The notes: generated by a model not told the origin, from the letters alone. Positions 40,248-50,875 are shown, numbered from the stretch's first letter. The stretch is 64,000 nt of DNA from Bdellovibrionales bacterium (GCA_964230645.1 CAXRHT010000003.1:256001-320000), one strand, 5' to 3'. Numbers and translations are program-made.

Positions 40248-41134
40248 CCCAGTTTTCCGCCTTTTTGGTCATGTCATTGACCTATTCGGCGGCCTTATTT
40301 ATTGCTCTTGCTGTTAGTAACACGGAAAGCCTGTTGCATTGGTGGGGGCAGGTTAACAAAGTGACCGTGTATTTAAAACATGGAGTCAAAACCGAGGACA
40401 AAGAACGTTTTGAGAGTTATGTCACTGAAACCAAATTGGTAAAAAGTCTTTCGAAGGTCGATTCAAAAGAGTCTTCAAGACGTTTTAAAGAGCGTTTTGC
40501 CAAAATAGCGAATCAAAAGATTTCTCTTGATAAGATCGACGAGTTTTTCCCGGAATTTTACGAACTGAATCTCAATCAGAATTTAGCCTACAATTCACAG
40601 AAATCAGCACTGACGGCATTCGTAAGTCGCCTCAAAGTAAAGTTTCCTCAAATTCAAGACATCAGTTTTGGTCAGCAGTGGTTGCAGAAATATCTTTCCA
40701 TTTTAAGTTCGTTTAAAAGTATAGCCTGGATTCTTATTGCTTTATTTTTAATAGCTAGTCTCATTGCTTCCTCAAGTGTCATAAAAACTCTTCTCTTTGC
40801 TAGAAGGGATGAAATCGAGATTTTAGAGTTCATTGGGGCAAGTGAGTTTAGAATTTATATTCCACAAATTGTGAATGTACTAATGGTCTCTTGTCTTTCC
40901 TTTTTCTTTGCAATTGCCATTAATTTTACCCTTTATCAGCAAATGAATTCGCCCTCTATGTCCGTATTTAATCTCTCTACAGCTGGGCAAGTTAGCTTTA
41001 TTTCATTTGGTATGATCGCTCTACTTTTTGCAATTAGCTTTTTGTGTAGCCTGAGTTATTCAGTGTTTACGATTTTCAACCTAATGCCTTCTCGTAAGAA
41101 AGCGATGGTCATTAGTGAGGTTTTTCGAAAATGA
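40196..41134 (+). CDS. ftsX: Permease FtsX (divergent)
   Basis: VTVYLK, ARRDEIEILEFIGAS, 4 TM; lies between ftsE and envC. Confidence 0.88.
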   Translation: MWTIFCSIKRSWTQHFVTQFSAFLVMSLTYSAALFIALAVSNTESLLHWWGQVNKVTVYLKHGVKTEDKERFESYVTETKLVKSLSKVDSKESSRRFKERFAKIANQKISLDKIDEFFPEFYELNLNQNLAYNSQKSALTAFVSRLKVKFPQIQDISFGQQWLQKYLSILSSFKSIAWILIALFLIASLIASSSVIKTLLFARRDEIEILEFIGASEFRIYIPQIVNVLMVSCLSFFFAIAINFTLYQQMNSPSMSVFNLSTAGQVSFISFGMIALLFAISFLCSLSYSVFTIFNLMPSRKKAMVISEVFRK

Positions 41135-42261
41135 GAATCGGCTTCGTTCTCATAGCATTCTTAACCAGCTTTTCTCTGCAAGCCTCAGATGATGTTCTAG
41201 ACCTGGCTGCAAAATACAATAAGCAAAAGAATCAGGTGGTCGATTTAGAGGAGAAGAGGCGGAAAACTCTTTCCGATATTTATGCGATTGAAAAGAAAAC
41301 CAATAAAATCGTTCTAAAAAAAGGGGAGTTGGATCAAGAAAAACTAAAGCTCGATAACGAGATGAAAAAACTCTCACAAAAGATCGTATCCATTGAAAGC
41401 AAAATATACGATATGACGCCCATGCTTATTGAGCGTCTGGCTGTTGTCGAGCAAATGAATAATCTTCCTTGGTTCTATACTCTTCTCACTTCGGAGAATT
41501 TAGCTGAACTCGACCAGATTTTTAAGTCAGCGAAAAAAATCAATGAAAAGCAGGCGGAGTTAGTCGTTAATTTTTTAAAGTTAGTCAACGACTTAAAGGC
41601 AAAGAAATTAAAGCTTCAGCAAACAGCAAAAAATCTACTGGTCGTAAAAAAAGATATCGAGAAACAAGAAAAAGCGATTTCAAAGAACCAAGAATCAAAA
41701 AAACAATTTTTATCAAGACTTGAGAATGTTCTCAAAAGTGAAAAGCACAAACTTAAAAAGATAAAAGGCGAAGGACGCCGCAAGATTATAGAGGCCGACT
41801 TGCAGGAGTTGGCCCTTTTGTTTGGAACCGATTTCTTCGATAAAAAAGGAGAGTTACCTCATCCTATAAAAGCACCCCTTATACAAAGGTATGGTTTAAA
41901 CGAGGGGCTTAAGGAAGACTATGTGCAACTCTTACACAAGGGTTATTTTTATCAAGCTTCCGAGGAAAAGAAGCCTCATTCGGTATCCGGTGGAAGAGTA
42001 AAGTTTTCAGGACCGGTCAAAGGTTTCGGCCAGGTCGTGATTCTTGATCATGGGGGCCGGTATTACTCGACCTATGGGTATCTCGCAAAAACAAATTTGA
42101 AAATTAATGATATTGTAAAGACAGGGCAAGAGATAGGTGAGCTAGGATATGAAAGTTTGCAGTTCGGCAAAGGACTTTACTTTGAAATCAGGCACTTTTC
42201 ACAACCTCAAGATCCAAAGGATTGGTTAAAAGACGAACCCAGCTCTCTGGCCACATTATAA
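41131..42261 (+). CDS. envC: Murein hydrolase activator EnvC (coiled coil + degenerate M23 domain)
   Basis: Long coiled coil, KGELPHP, GFGQVVILDHG, LYFEIR; Zn ligands absent. Confidence 0.85.
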   Translation: MRIGFVLIAFLTSFSLQASDDVLDLAAKYNKQKNQVVDLEEKRRKTLSDIYAIEKKTNKIVLKKGELDQEKLKLDNEMKKLSQKIVSIESKIYDMTPMLIERLAVVEQMNNLPWFYTLLTSENLAELDQIFKSAKKINEKQAELVVNFLKLVNDLKAKKLKLQQTAKNLLVVKKDIEKQEKAISKNQESKKQFLSRLENVLKSEKHKLKKIKGEGRRKIIEADLQELALLFGTDFFDKKGELPHPIKAPLIQRYGLNEGLKEDYVQLLHKGYFYQASEEKKPHSVSGGRVKFSGPVKGFGQVVILDHGGRYYSTYGYLAKTNLKINDIVKTGQEIGELGYESLQFGKGLYFEIRHFSQPQDPKDWLKDEPSSLATL

Positions 42262-42274
42262 TTAAAGGAACATT

Positions 42275-43615
42275 ATGAAATCTTCAACTCGTAAATTTAT
42301 TCAACTCGGTCTCGTTCTCTCCGTTTTTCTTGTCATCAGTGTGCAGATGGGTTCAAGTGCATTAGCCAAATCCCAAGATCATTATCTTAATTTGCAGTTA
42401 TTTGCCAAGGTGATGAATCTCGTACAGAAATATTACGTTGAAGATGTCGATACCAAAAAATTAATCTATGGCGGGATTAAGGGGATGTTGCAAGAGCTTG
42501 ATCCTCATACCAATTTCTTGCCTCCAGACATTTACGAGGAGTTTGAAAACGAAACCTCAGGAAAGTTCGGTGGTCTTGGTATTGAGATCACCGTGCAAGA
42601 TGGAATTTTGACCATTATATCACCGATCGAGGACACTCCCGCTTACAAAGCAGGGCTGCAAGCTGGTGATAAAATTGTTTCCATTGATGGCAATTCCACC
42701 AAGGGACTAAGTCTTGCCGAGTCGGCTCAGATGATGAGAGGAGACCGAGGTGAAAAAATCATCCTAGGAATTGTTAGAAATGGGGTGAAGGGTAAAAAGG
42801 ACTACAGTATTAAGCGCGACACCATCAAAATTAAGTCGGTCAAGTTCACTGATATGGGTGGCGGCTATGGTTACATCCGTTTAACGAGCTTCATTGAAAA
42901 TTCCGCTGATGACATTTCGAAAGTCTTAAAAAAGATGGCTAAAAATGACAATAAAATCAAAGGGGTGATTCTTGATCTCAGAAGAAATCCTGGGGGCCTA
43001 TTAGAGCAGGCTATTAAAATCAGTGACTTCTTTTTAGAAAAAGGTGTGATCGTCAGCACGATCGGTCGCGACAAAGAAAACAAAAAAGTGGTGAACGCCA
43101 GTAGTGAGGGAACTTATAAAGATTTTCCAGTCGTCGTTTTAATCAACGAGTACTCAGCCAGTGCCAGTGAAATCGTGGCCGGAGCCCTAAAAGATAATAA
43201 AAGAGCTTTGATTATGGGAAAAAGGTCTTTCGGAAAAGGCTCTGTGCAATCCGTAGTTAAAATGGGAGATGGTTCAGGTCTTAAAATGACAGTGGCGCGC
43301 TATTATACGCCTTCTGGTATATCCATTCAGGCCGAAGGGATCACTCCTGATGTTCGCATTGACGAAGTTGACAGCGAAGCCTTCAAAAAGGCCATCATTA
43401 ACCGCAAGGTAAAAAGAGAGGCCGACATTCAAGGTCACTTGATTGGTGAAAAAGAGAAAGAAAAGAAAGAAGAGTCCAGCGGCGGTATTTTCAACTGGTG
43501 GAGTAAATCCAACAAGAAAGCCGAAAAAGACTCAAAAGACGTTCTCCTCAACGACTTCCAAGTCCTCCAGGCCTACAACTACCTAAAAGCCTACAAGGTG
43601 ATGAAGGGGATTTAG
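42275..43615 (+). CDS. ctpA: C-terminal processing protease (S41, PDZ)
   Basis: LDPHT, FGGLGI, DLRRNPGGLL, SASASEIVAGAL, GKGSVQ. Confidence 0.95.
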   Translation: MKSSTRKFIQLGLVLSVFLVISVQMGSSALAKSQDHYLNLQLFAKVMNLVQKYYVEDVDTKKLIYGGIKGMLQELDPHTNFLPPDIYEEFENETSGKFGGLGIEITVQDGILTIISPIEDTPAYKAGLQAGDKIVSIDGNSTKGLSLAESAQMMRGDRGEKIILGIVRNGVKGKKDYSIKRDTIKIKSVKFTDMGGGYGYIRLTSFIENSADDISKVLKKMAKNDNKIKGVILDLRRNPGGLLEQAIKISDFFLEKGVIVSTIGRDKENKKVVNASSEGTYKDFPVVVLINEYSASASEIVAGALKDNKRALIMGKRSFGKGSVQSVVKMGDGSGLKMTVARYYTPSGISIQAEGITPDVRIDEVDSEAFKKAIINRKVKREADIQGHLIGEKEKEKKEESSGGIFNWWSKSNKKAEKDSKDVLLNDFQVLQAYNYLKAYKVMKGI

Positions 43616-43903
43616 TTCCTTTCATTTTGCAAAGATTCACGGTGCTCTTTCAAGCTGTAAGTCTTTAGAGGGTTGGGTGTCGGGCTTTCTCACCATTGAG
43701 TACCTGGAACGAATTCTTCCTGAGAGTATTGAAATCCTTATTTTCCTCAATCTTCACTTTTGATGTTAAAAGCGCACATGGTTGTGTAAAAAATCACTCA
43801 GGACCACCCGCCAGTTTTATAAAATTTGGTTATCCCATTGATCATTCCTGTTTATCCTTAAGGCACATTTATTCTGTAAAAGTTATTAAAGGAGAATTCT
43901 TTT

Positions 43904-45016
43904 ATGAAGAAGTATATCTTATTGCTTGCCGTACTTGGATTAACCGCTTGTGGGGATGACGATTCCTCAACTCCAGCAGCTGTTACTGCACCACCATCTT
44001 CTATTGATGGAGCTATTGATCTTTCAAGACAGAAGCTAGGCGAGCTCGTTCCTGATACCTCTGAAATATCTACGGCATCGCTAAACGCGCGCACAGCATT
44101 TGGAAATGACTGGGAAGATGGAAACTACGCTCTTGGGGGTGATTTCGGAAACAGCCCAAGAAATTTTGTTCGAGCTCAGGGAGACGAAGATGCCCAGAGC
44201 AATTTAATGTTTCGTCTTGATCAAATGATGGATAACCTTTGTATTTTTAATGTCGCTCTTCCAAACACTGACGGAGTTCCTGATCTTTCGGGGGGTAACC
44301 AGATTGTGACACTCACAGCTGCAGTTAAACAGCAGATCGTGAGTGAGTGTGGCGTTTCCTCTGGAGACTTGCCTCCCGATGACACTGATGTGGGATACTA
44401 TGTTTCTGATATCTCTGGAGAGACCGATTCAATGTTTCAGAGAGAAGCTGGCTTCGATATGAGTGGCGGAACGTCTTTCCACAGCTTTTTTAGGTTTACA
44501 ATTAGTGATTCAGTTATGAGGATGTCCTATATTGCCGATGAAGGAAATGTTTCAGCGGGCTTTCTTGAGTATGATGTCACAGCTCAGGTTTTCCGATTTG
44601 AGTTTAGTGAAGAGGCAGCCGCACCCTTTGCGCTTCACTTTCGTGGAACTCTTCAAGACACCACAAACTTGGGAAGATTTGTTGCTATCATAACCGATAA
44701 AACAGATACCTCCTCAGCTGTAGTTTCAATCAACGAAGGTAATGGTGATCAGGTTCATGTTTCGTACTCATACGACGACGACGCTGACACCAATGATTTG
44801 CCAAGTGCCTCTGCCTGCATCAGTGGTGTAGATATGTCAATTGCGGCCGATGATGCTACTTCGTGTAGTAATGGAATCACAGGTGCTGATGTGGCTGATG
44901 TGTCGATAGATATGACAACTATAATATCTGGAACCTATTTTAACAGTCTTGATGAGACTACTTTTATCCAGTTCTCTGACTTTTCTGATATTATGACAGC
45001 CGCTGCTGCCAACTAA
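43904..45016 (+). CDS. Acidic hypothetical lipoprotein
   Basis: MKKYI..LTAC lipobox, AAGGAG RBS, own terminator. Confidence 0.8.
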   Translation: MKKYILLLAVLGLTACGDDDSSTPAAVTAPPSSIDGAIDLSRQKLGELVPDTSEISTASLNARTAFGNDWEDGNYALGGDFGNSPRNFVRAQGDEDAQSNLMFRLDQMMDNLCIFNVALPNTDGVPDLSGGNQIVTLTAAVKQQIVSECGVSSGDLPPDDTDVGYYVSDISGETDSMFQREAGFDMSGGTSFHSFFRFTISDSVMRMSYIADEGNVSAGFLEYDVTAQVFRFEFSEEAAAPFALHFRGTLQDTTNLGRFVAIITDKTDTSSAVVSINEGNGDQVHVSYSYDDDADTNDLPSASACISGVDMSIAADDATSCSNGITGADVADVSIDMTTIISGTYFNSLDETTFIQFSDFSDIMTAAAAN

Positions 45017-45043
45017 TATTGGATACTTAAAAATTCATTTTAC

Positions 45044-45073
45044 AAAAGCCCACAGATTCCGTGGGCTTTTTTT
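45044..45073 (+). terminator. Intrinsic terminator
   Basis: AAAAGCCCAC-agattcc-GTGGGCTTTTTTT. Confidence 0.85.
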
Positions 45074-45202
45074 ATGCCCACAGGATCTTTCTGAGTTTAG
45101 AGGTCCTAGTCTAAGGTCCAGACATAGAGGGTTATTAGTGTTCCTGGAGCTTTTATCGGTAGTAGCCTGAGAGTCCCTAGCTTATGGGGCCTTGGAGGGT
45201 TT

Positions 45203-45559
45203 ATGTGGATTTTGGTTTCATCTCTTTTGATTGCACTTAGCTGGGGAGCTCCCACTAAAGTTCGCATTGATTCCAAGCTTCTTGTTGGAGGGGAAAAAGT
45301 AGCTTCACCCAGGATATTTGCCAACGAGGGTAGAAAGTCGAAAATTGTCATGAATGACGGGGGTAAGGAGTATAGCCTCGAAGTTCTTCCCCAGGACATT
45401 GATCAAAAGAAAGTAAACCTAAAGTACTCCCTCAGTATTCGCGACCGAAATTTAGAAACTCTTACTCGTGGTTCGATACGGATACCCCAAAATAAAAGCG
45501 GCCTTATATCTTTAGATAAAGGCCGCATTAAAGTGTTTTTAAAAATCAAAGAAAGTTAG
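45203..45559 (+). CDS. Small secreted hypothetical protein
   Basis: GGAGG RBS, signal peptide ..LSWGA. Confidence 0.7.
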   Translation: MWILVSSLLIALSWGAPTKVRIDSKLLVGGEKVASPRIFANEGRKSKIVMNDGGKEYSLEVLPQDIDQKKVNLKYSLSIRDRNLETLTRGSIRIPQNKSGLISLDKGRIKVFLKIKES

Positions 45560-46887
45560 GCTTTTTCCTCTTCTTTCTTTTCTTCTTTTTCGAGCTCTTC
45601 TTTAGAGACCTCTTCCACTTTGGCTTTGTCTAAAAGAAATTTAAACACTTTGTCCTCAGTCACTTGGAACTCGAGATTGGCATGTTGTTGACCCTGTTTG
45701 TAGAACTCTTTGACTTTAGAGAGATCAAGACCGGTTTGATCGGCAAACTCTTGCATCTTTGCCTCTACATCCTCGGACTTGGCGTTGAGGTCATGCTCTT
45801 TAGCAATCTTTTGAATCAAGAGAGCTGAGCGAACCATGAAGTCAGCGGTTTCAGAAAAGTCCTCTTCCCATTTTTCTTGGTAGGCGGCAAATTCATCAGC
45901 ACCAATTCCTTGGCTTTGCATACGATTTTTGAAATCATCAACAAGAGCTGAGCGCTGCTCTTTGATCAAAGTTTCAGGGACATCAAAAGGATTGGCTTTA
46001 ACCATGGATTTGAAAAGACGATTTTTGGTCTCTTGCTCCACGCGTTTCTCTTCGCCTTCGACGATGTCTTTTTTAAGCTGGTCTTTAAAAGCAGCCACAG
46101 TTTCGTGCTCACCCATTTTTTTAACGAACTCATCGTCAAGCTCGGGCTTTACCTTTTGTTTGATTTTGTTGAGAGTCACTTCAAACTGAACAGGTTTTCC
46201 TTTCAGGTGCTCAACATGGTAATCATCTGGGAATTTTAGGGAAACGGTTTTGCTGTCTCCTGGCTTCATACCGATTAAAGCGGTTTCAAACCCAGGGATA
46301 AAAGAATCCGAACCAATTTCAAGTACGTGTCCTTGAGCAGCCCCATTTTCAAGCGGCTCTCCGTCCATCATTCCTTTAAAATCGATATCAGCGTAATCAC
46401 CCTCTTTAAGCTCGCGGATCAGTACAACATCTTCCATGCTGGCCTGATTTTCCAGAATCTGCTCAATATTTTTTTCCACCTGCTCGTCGGTGATTTCTAC
46501 TTTCTCTTTTTTAACTTCGAGCCCTTCTACTTTCTTAAGCTCGATATCAGGCTGCACTTCGAATTTCGCGGAGAAAGAAAATTCTTTGTCCTCTTCCGGA
46601 TTTTGAAAATCGATATCAGGCATTCCCACAGGGACCACATCGTGCTCCTTAAGGGCTTTGAAATAAAAATTTTGTACCAAGTTTTGAGCCACATCGCCCT
46701 TGATTTTATCGGTGTAAAGACTGCGAATGGTGGCAATTGGAGTTTTGCCTTTGCGGTAGCCTTTGATTTCGACATTTTTTTGTAAATATTTGAAAGCATT
46801 AGTGAATTCTGTATTCACCTCGTCTTTAGGGATCTGAATGTTAAGCTTTCTTTCCAAATTAGAAATATTTTCGATATCTGATTTCAT
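45556..46887 (-). CDS. tig: Trigger factor
   Basis: KGYRKGK ribosome-binding motif, FIPGFE FKBP domain, FPDDYH. Confidence 0.96.
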   Translation of the reverse strand: MKSDIENISNLERKLNIQIPKDEVNTEFTNAFKYLQKNVEIKGYRKGKTPIATIRSLYTDKIKGDVAQNLVQNFYFKALKEHDVVPVGMPDIDFQNPEEDKEFSFSAKFEVQPDIELKKVEGLEVKKEKVEITDEQVEKNIEQILENQASMEDVVLIRELKEGDYADIDFKGMMDGEPLENGAAQGHVLEIGSDSFIPGFETALIGMKPGDSKTVSLKFPDDYHVEHLKGKPVQFEVTLNKIKQKVKPELDDEFVKKMGEHETVAAFKDQLKKDIVEGEEKRVEQETKNRLFKSMVKANPFDVPETLIKEQRSALVDDFKNRMQSQGIGADEFAAYQEKWEEDFSETADFMVRSALLIQKIAKEHDLNAKSEDVEAKMQEFADQTGLDLSKVKEFYKQGQQHANLEFQVTEDKVFKFLLDKAKVEEVSKEELEKEEKKEEEKA

Positions 46888-47005
46888 ATAACTCGCTCCG
46901 TTAAATTCAGTGGAATATAGGGTAAGAGATGCGTAAAATCAAGGAATTCAAAGCATTTACTTCCCTTACAGGGCAGTGGTAATAAGGTCCCTGAAAGAGG
47001 CTCAC

Positions 47006-47857
47006 GTGGATTTTAAAAAGCTCATATTTATAAGCGGAAAAGGGGGGACGGGTAAGACCACCCTGGCTCTGATTGTGGCTCGGCATTTGGCTCTACAGTC
47101 CAAAAAAGTCCTTTTCGTTGAGCTTTCACCCCGAAGTTCGGCCCAGAGTTTACTTAATTTAGAGCAAGGTCCAAACTACCAACCTTCAAAGACCCCTTTC
47201 GGTTTTGATTGGAGTTTGATGCAGGGAAAAGACTGCCTGGTTGAGTATATTAGCTCCTTTACGGGCGTGGAAAAAATCACCCAAAAGGTCTTTGATTCAA
47301 GTGTCATAAAAACATTGGTGAATGTGGCTCCGGGTCTCAATGATCTGGCTGTCCTTGGAAAGTTGACCAGTGGCATGAGAGAGCATGGTCCTTCTTTTGA
47401 CTACGATCATATTGTTGTGGACGCGCACAGTACGGGAAGTTTTCAATCCCTCATCAATGCTCCCAAGCTTCTTGGTCGAAGCGTTTCTACGGGACCATTG
47501 AAATCCCAAAGTGAAAAAATTGATGAGGTGCTAAAAGACGCAAACCTTGTGCAATATTTTTTCATGGGTCTTTTTGAGTCTCTCCCCATGGATGAGCTGG
47601 AAGATACGTTGGCCGAATTTGGTGAAAGTTTCAAAGAGGGCATTACCGTGTTGATGAACAAACGCCTGCCGATTGATGAGAGCCACAGTGAAAACTCACT
47701 TTGGAAAAATTTTATTGAATCTCAATTGCGTGAGCAGAAAAAACAACGGGAACGCGTCAAAGATTTATGGGATTCTGTAGTCTCACAAGACCTTATTACA
47801 ATCGCACTTTCTGATTACCTTAAAAAACAACAAGGAGAATGGTTACGGCCTCTATAG
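47006..47857 (+). CDS. ArsA/GET3-family ATPase, subunit 1
   Basis: SGKGGTGKTT, APGLNDLAVLGK, VVDAHSTG; GTG start after GAGG. Confidence 0.88.
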   Translation: MDFKKLIFISGKGGTGKTTLALIVARHLALQSKKVLFVELSPRSSAQSLLNLEQGPNYQPSKTPFGFDWSLMQGKDCLVEYISSFTGVEKITQKVFDSSVIKTLVNVAPGLNDLAVLGKLTSGMREHGPSFDYDHIVVDAHSTGSFQSLINAPKLLGRSVSTGPLKSQSEKIDEVLKDANLVQYFFMGLFESLPMDELEDTLAEFGESFKEGITVLMNKRLPIDESHSENSLWKNFIESQLREQKKQRERVKDLWDSVVSQDLITIALSDYLKKQQGEWLRPL

Positions 47858-48915
47858 ATGAACGACTGAAATCGTGTGACCTCCTTACCTTTATTGGCAC
47901 CGGCGGTGTGGGTAAAACATCCCTGTCTGTTGTAACAGCCTTGCGTGCCGCTCAAAATGGCCGACGAGTGGCCGCTATTACTATTGATCCTTCAAGGCGT
48001 CTGACTCATTTATTGGGAATGCAAAGTGAGAGTGAAGGGGAGAATGTACAAACCATACAGTGGGATGGGCTTTCCGGAAGTTTAGACCTCTATTTCGTTG
48101 ATCCTGAAAAAGTGTTTCAAGAATTTGTCTCCAGCCACATCGGCGAGAGCATGTATGAAAAGCTCTCTCGTAATGGCATCTATAAACAGATTTCTAAAAA
48201 CTTGCGAGAAACTCATAACTTTGCGGCCCTATATAAGATGGTCGAGGTGTTCAAAAATGATGAGTACGACCTAGTGGTTCTTGATACTCCTCCCAGCAAC
48301 CAAGTGATTGAATTTTTTGAATCGCCTAAAAGATTGCAAAAGTTTTTCTCCAATCAATCGGAAGGGGAGAAAGCCAATTGGTTGGACTGGATTCAAAGCA
48401 AGAGCTTAAAATTGGCCGAAGGCTTTATGAAAAAAATGGTGGGTGGGGAGTTTGTCTCAGAGATGAATCATTTTTTCTCGGCTGTGGGGTCTTTGCGATC
48501 AGATATCGGCAAGGTGACCGATATTTTTTTGGAAAATATGAATCGAAGCACTTCCTACCTTCTTTTGGTGTATCCACCTTCGCTCGATAAGATTGAGGAT
48601 GCTCGTTACTTAATGGCAGAGATGAGTAAAAACCAATTCTCGGTGAATGAATTTGTTATGAATAGGGCCTATCTCAATGTGCTCGACCAAAGTCAGGAGC
48701 CGGGGCTAGCGCAAGACTCTGAAGAGTTAAAATTATACAATTACTTTATGAAAATGAAAGAGCGAGGACATGCTCAAATCAATGAATTAAAAACAGAATT
48801 GAGCAGCCACGATTTAACCTTCTCAATGATTCCAGAGATCAAGACCAATCTGGAATCAACGGATGATATAATGAATTTCGTTAGAAAAATGGATGAGAAC
48901 TGGAGTGTGGTTTGA
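47839..48915 (+). CDS. ArsA/GET3-family ATPase, subunit 2
   Basis: GTGGVGKTS, TIDPSRRL, YDLVVLDTPP, VMNR. Confidence 0.88.
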   Translation: MVTASIDERLKSCDLLTFIGTGGVGKTSLSVVTALRAAQNGRRVAAITIDPSRRLTHLLGMQSESEGENVQTIQWDGLSGSLDLYFVDPEKVFQEFVSSHIGESMYEKLSRNGIYKQISKNLRETHNFAALYKMVEVFKNDEYDLVVLDTPPSNQVIEFFESPKRLQKFFSNQSEGEKANWLDWIQSKSLKLAEGFMKKMVGGEFVSEMNHFFSAVGSLRSDIGKVTDIFLENMNRSTSYLLLVYPPSLDKIEDARYLMAEMSKNQFSVNEFVMNRAYLNVLDQSQEPGLAQDSEELKLYNYFMKMKERGHAQINELKTELSSHDLTFSMIPEIKTNLESTDDIMNFVRKMDENWSVV

Positions 48916-50141
48916 GCAGAGTGGGGGTGGGGAAAAAAGCCTTAGTTTGGATTCTTTCTACACTTCTTTTTGTAGGCTGTGCCACTTTTTTTAAAGAAGA
49001 AGAGGAAAAGAAAAATACCCAGCTTGATTATCCGCAAGAGTTAGAAGGGGTTCAAGACCTCTACGTTGCCGGGCGCCCGGTCGATGCTCTTTCAAAATTG
49101 GATCAGTTCGTTAACGACTCAGAAAAGATTCACTGGTTTGGCCACGCTTACTTTTTAAAAGCTTATATTTACGAGTCCACAGGTGAGCTTGATAAAGCAA
49201 TTAAAATGTACCGCGAAGCCATCGACCATGGCAGCCAGTACGAGAGCGAAGTGGAGGCTAAGGCTCTATATAATCTTTCCTATGTCTATGAAAGAATAGG
49301 AGAGATGCAAAAGATGTTGGTTTCGTTAGTGGACCTTTCAAAACGAAAAAAGTTTTTTAGCCCTTTTATAGCGAGAGTAGAAATCCCGGCCAGATTAGCG
49401 GCTGTTTATGCTTCAATGGGGCGCCTTGAGTTAGCCCAAGGCATTCATGAGGATGCTAAGGACCATTACGAGAAAATGATTCGAAGAAATCAGTTGCCAA
49501 GCACGCCTGAGGAGCACAGTAAAATTTTATTTTATCTGGGTCTGTCTTCTTTCGATCAAAACGATGAAAACTTTACGACACTCCTTCCAAAATTAAGGAA
49601 GGGACAGAAATATTACCTTTATTCGGCCGAGGCTTCTAACAGTCCGTGGGCAAAAAGGTCGAGAGAAAGGTTGAGAAATCAATACGCCAAGCTTTGGGGA
49701 TTTATTCTGAATTATGAACCTAAAAACTTGAATCACGATTCGTTAGCCTTCAGTCGTAACAAACAGGAAAAGCAACTAGACAGGGCGGCTGACATGTACG
49801 ATCTCATGTACCAACTACGCGCGGAAGAATTTCCGTTAGCTTCAGTGAATAAAAACTCAGGGAAAATAATGGCGATGAGTCAGGATTGGTTAGAGAAGAT
49901 TGAAAAATTCACACTTGGTTTAGATTTAGGACCCGCCATGGTTCGCAATAAAAAGATCAGAAACAGACGACTTATTCGCTACGTGGAAGAAGAACAAAAG
50001 CCCGTGGTTATTAATAAAGAAAGCCAGCAAACTAAAAAGGCCCCTTCCAAGAAAAACTCAAATGACAGTAATACGGAAGGCAGTGCTCTTCCAGAGAAGG
50101 AAAGCTCTGAGAAGCCCATTGGCCAGGACCCCAATTTATGA
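48912..50141 (+). CDS. TPR-containing lipoprotein
   Basis: FVGC lipobox; AYFLKAYIYE..A and ALYNLSYVYE TPR-like helices. Confidence 0.75.
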   Translation: MSRVGVGKKALVWILSTLLFVGCATFFKEEEEKKNTQLDYPQELEGVQDLYVAGRPVDALSKLDQFVNDSEKIHWFGHAYFLKAYIYESTGELDKAIKMYREAIDHGSQYESEVEAKALYNLSYVYERIGEMQKMLVSLVDLSKRKKFFSPFIARVEIPARLAAVYASMGRLELAQGIHEDAKDHYEKMIRRNQLPSTPEEHSKILFYLGLSSFDQNDENFTTLLPKLRKGQKYYLYSAEASNSPWAKRSRERLRNQYAKLWGFILNYEPKNLNHDSLAFSRNKQEKQLDRAADMYDLMYQLRAEEFPLASVNKNSGKIMAMSQDWLEKIEKFTLGLDLGPAMVRNKKIRNRRLIRYVEEEQKPVVINKESQQTKKAPSKKNSNDSNTEGSALPEKESSEKPIGQDPNL

Positions 50142-50875
50142 ACCTTGTTACAAGGCTCAGTCGCGGATTCTTTAGCCCCCTAGAGGGAGCACGAATTATC
50201 TTCTCAAGTCCTAAAAATATGACATTTGCAGCGATTCCCTTTTTTATTGGTCTTATTTTTATTGTGTTGGGTTTTGCGGCGGCCTCTCAGTATCTCGACC
50301 CTTGGATTCAGGGGTGGTTGGACTCATTTGAAACTTTACAGGATTGGCCCACCATCAAACCCATAATTAATTTCTTAGCTTTGTTACTCACTTGGCTTTT
50401 GGTTTCTATCGTTAATTTTATTGCCGGTTATATATGTATCATCGTTGTTGGAGGTCCCTTCTACGCTCTGATGGTCGAGGGAATATTTAAAAGAGAATTG
50501 AATGACCAAAAAAGCCGAGGAACATGGAAGCTCATGCTGTCGATGCTTTTGATCTCGTTGCTGAAAATTGTTGTATTTGCTTTTATAGGCCTCATTTGCT
50601 TTTTGTTGGCTTTTATCCCTGGCCTTAACATTTTTACAAGCTTTGCTCTTGTGCTGCTGGTCGCCTTTGATTGCACTGATTATGCCTTTGAAGTGGATTA
50701 TTTAAATCTCAGACAAAGATTTCGCTTTCTCCTCTCTCATATTGTGGAATTTTCAGGATTAGGGTTGGCTATATTAGCGACTGGAGTTTTACCTGGTTCT
50801 TTTTTTGTGCTGCTACCGATCTTTATTTGTGGCGCAACAAAAATGTATATTCAACTCAGTCGTAATACTGTTTAA
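50138..50875 (+). CDS. EI24/CysZ-like membrane protein
   Basis: G..GPFYALMVE, LAFIPGLN, DCTDY, LPIFICGAT; multi-TM. Confidence 0.8.
   Translation: MNLVTRLSRGFFSPLEGARIIFSSPKNMTFAAIPFFIGLIFIVLGFAAASQYLDPWIQGWLDSFETLQDWPTIKPIINFLALLLTWLLVSIVNFIAGYICIIVVGGPFYALMVEGIFKRELNDQKSRGTWKLMLSMLLISLLKIVVFAFIGLICFLLAFIPGLNIFTSFALVLLVAFDCTDYAFEVDYLNLRQRFRFLLSHIVEFSGLGLAILATGVLPGSFFVLLPIFICGATKMYIQLSRNTV
50819..50865 (+). repeat. Direct repeat copy 1 (47 bp, 3' end of the EI24-like gene)
   Basis: ATCTTTATTTGTGGCGCAACAAAAATGTATATTCAACTCAGTCGTAA identical to 52240-52286. Confidence 0.95.

Noticed and set aside
43620..43900. Possible pseudogene fragment after ctpA
   Set aside because: Short open frames on both strands with no recognisable motif
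47006..48915. Arsenic resistance operon
   Set aside because: No arsR/B/C/D nearby and no obvious ArsA metal-binding Cys motifs
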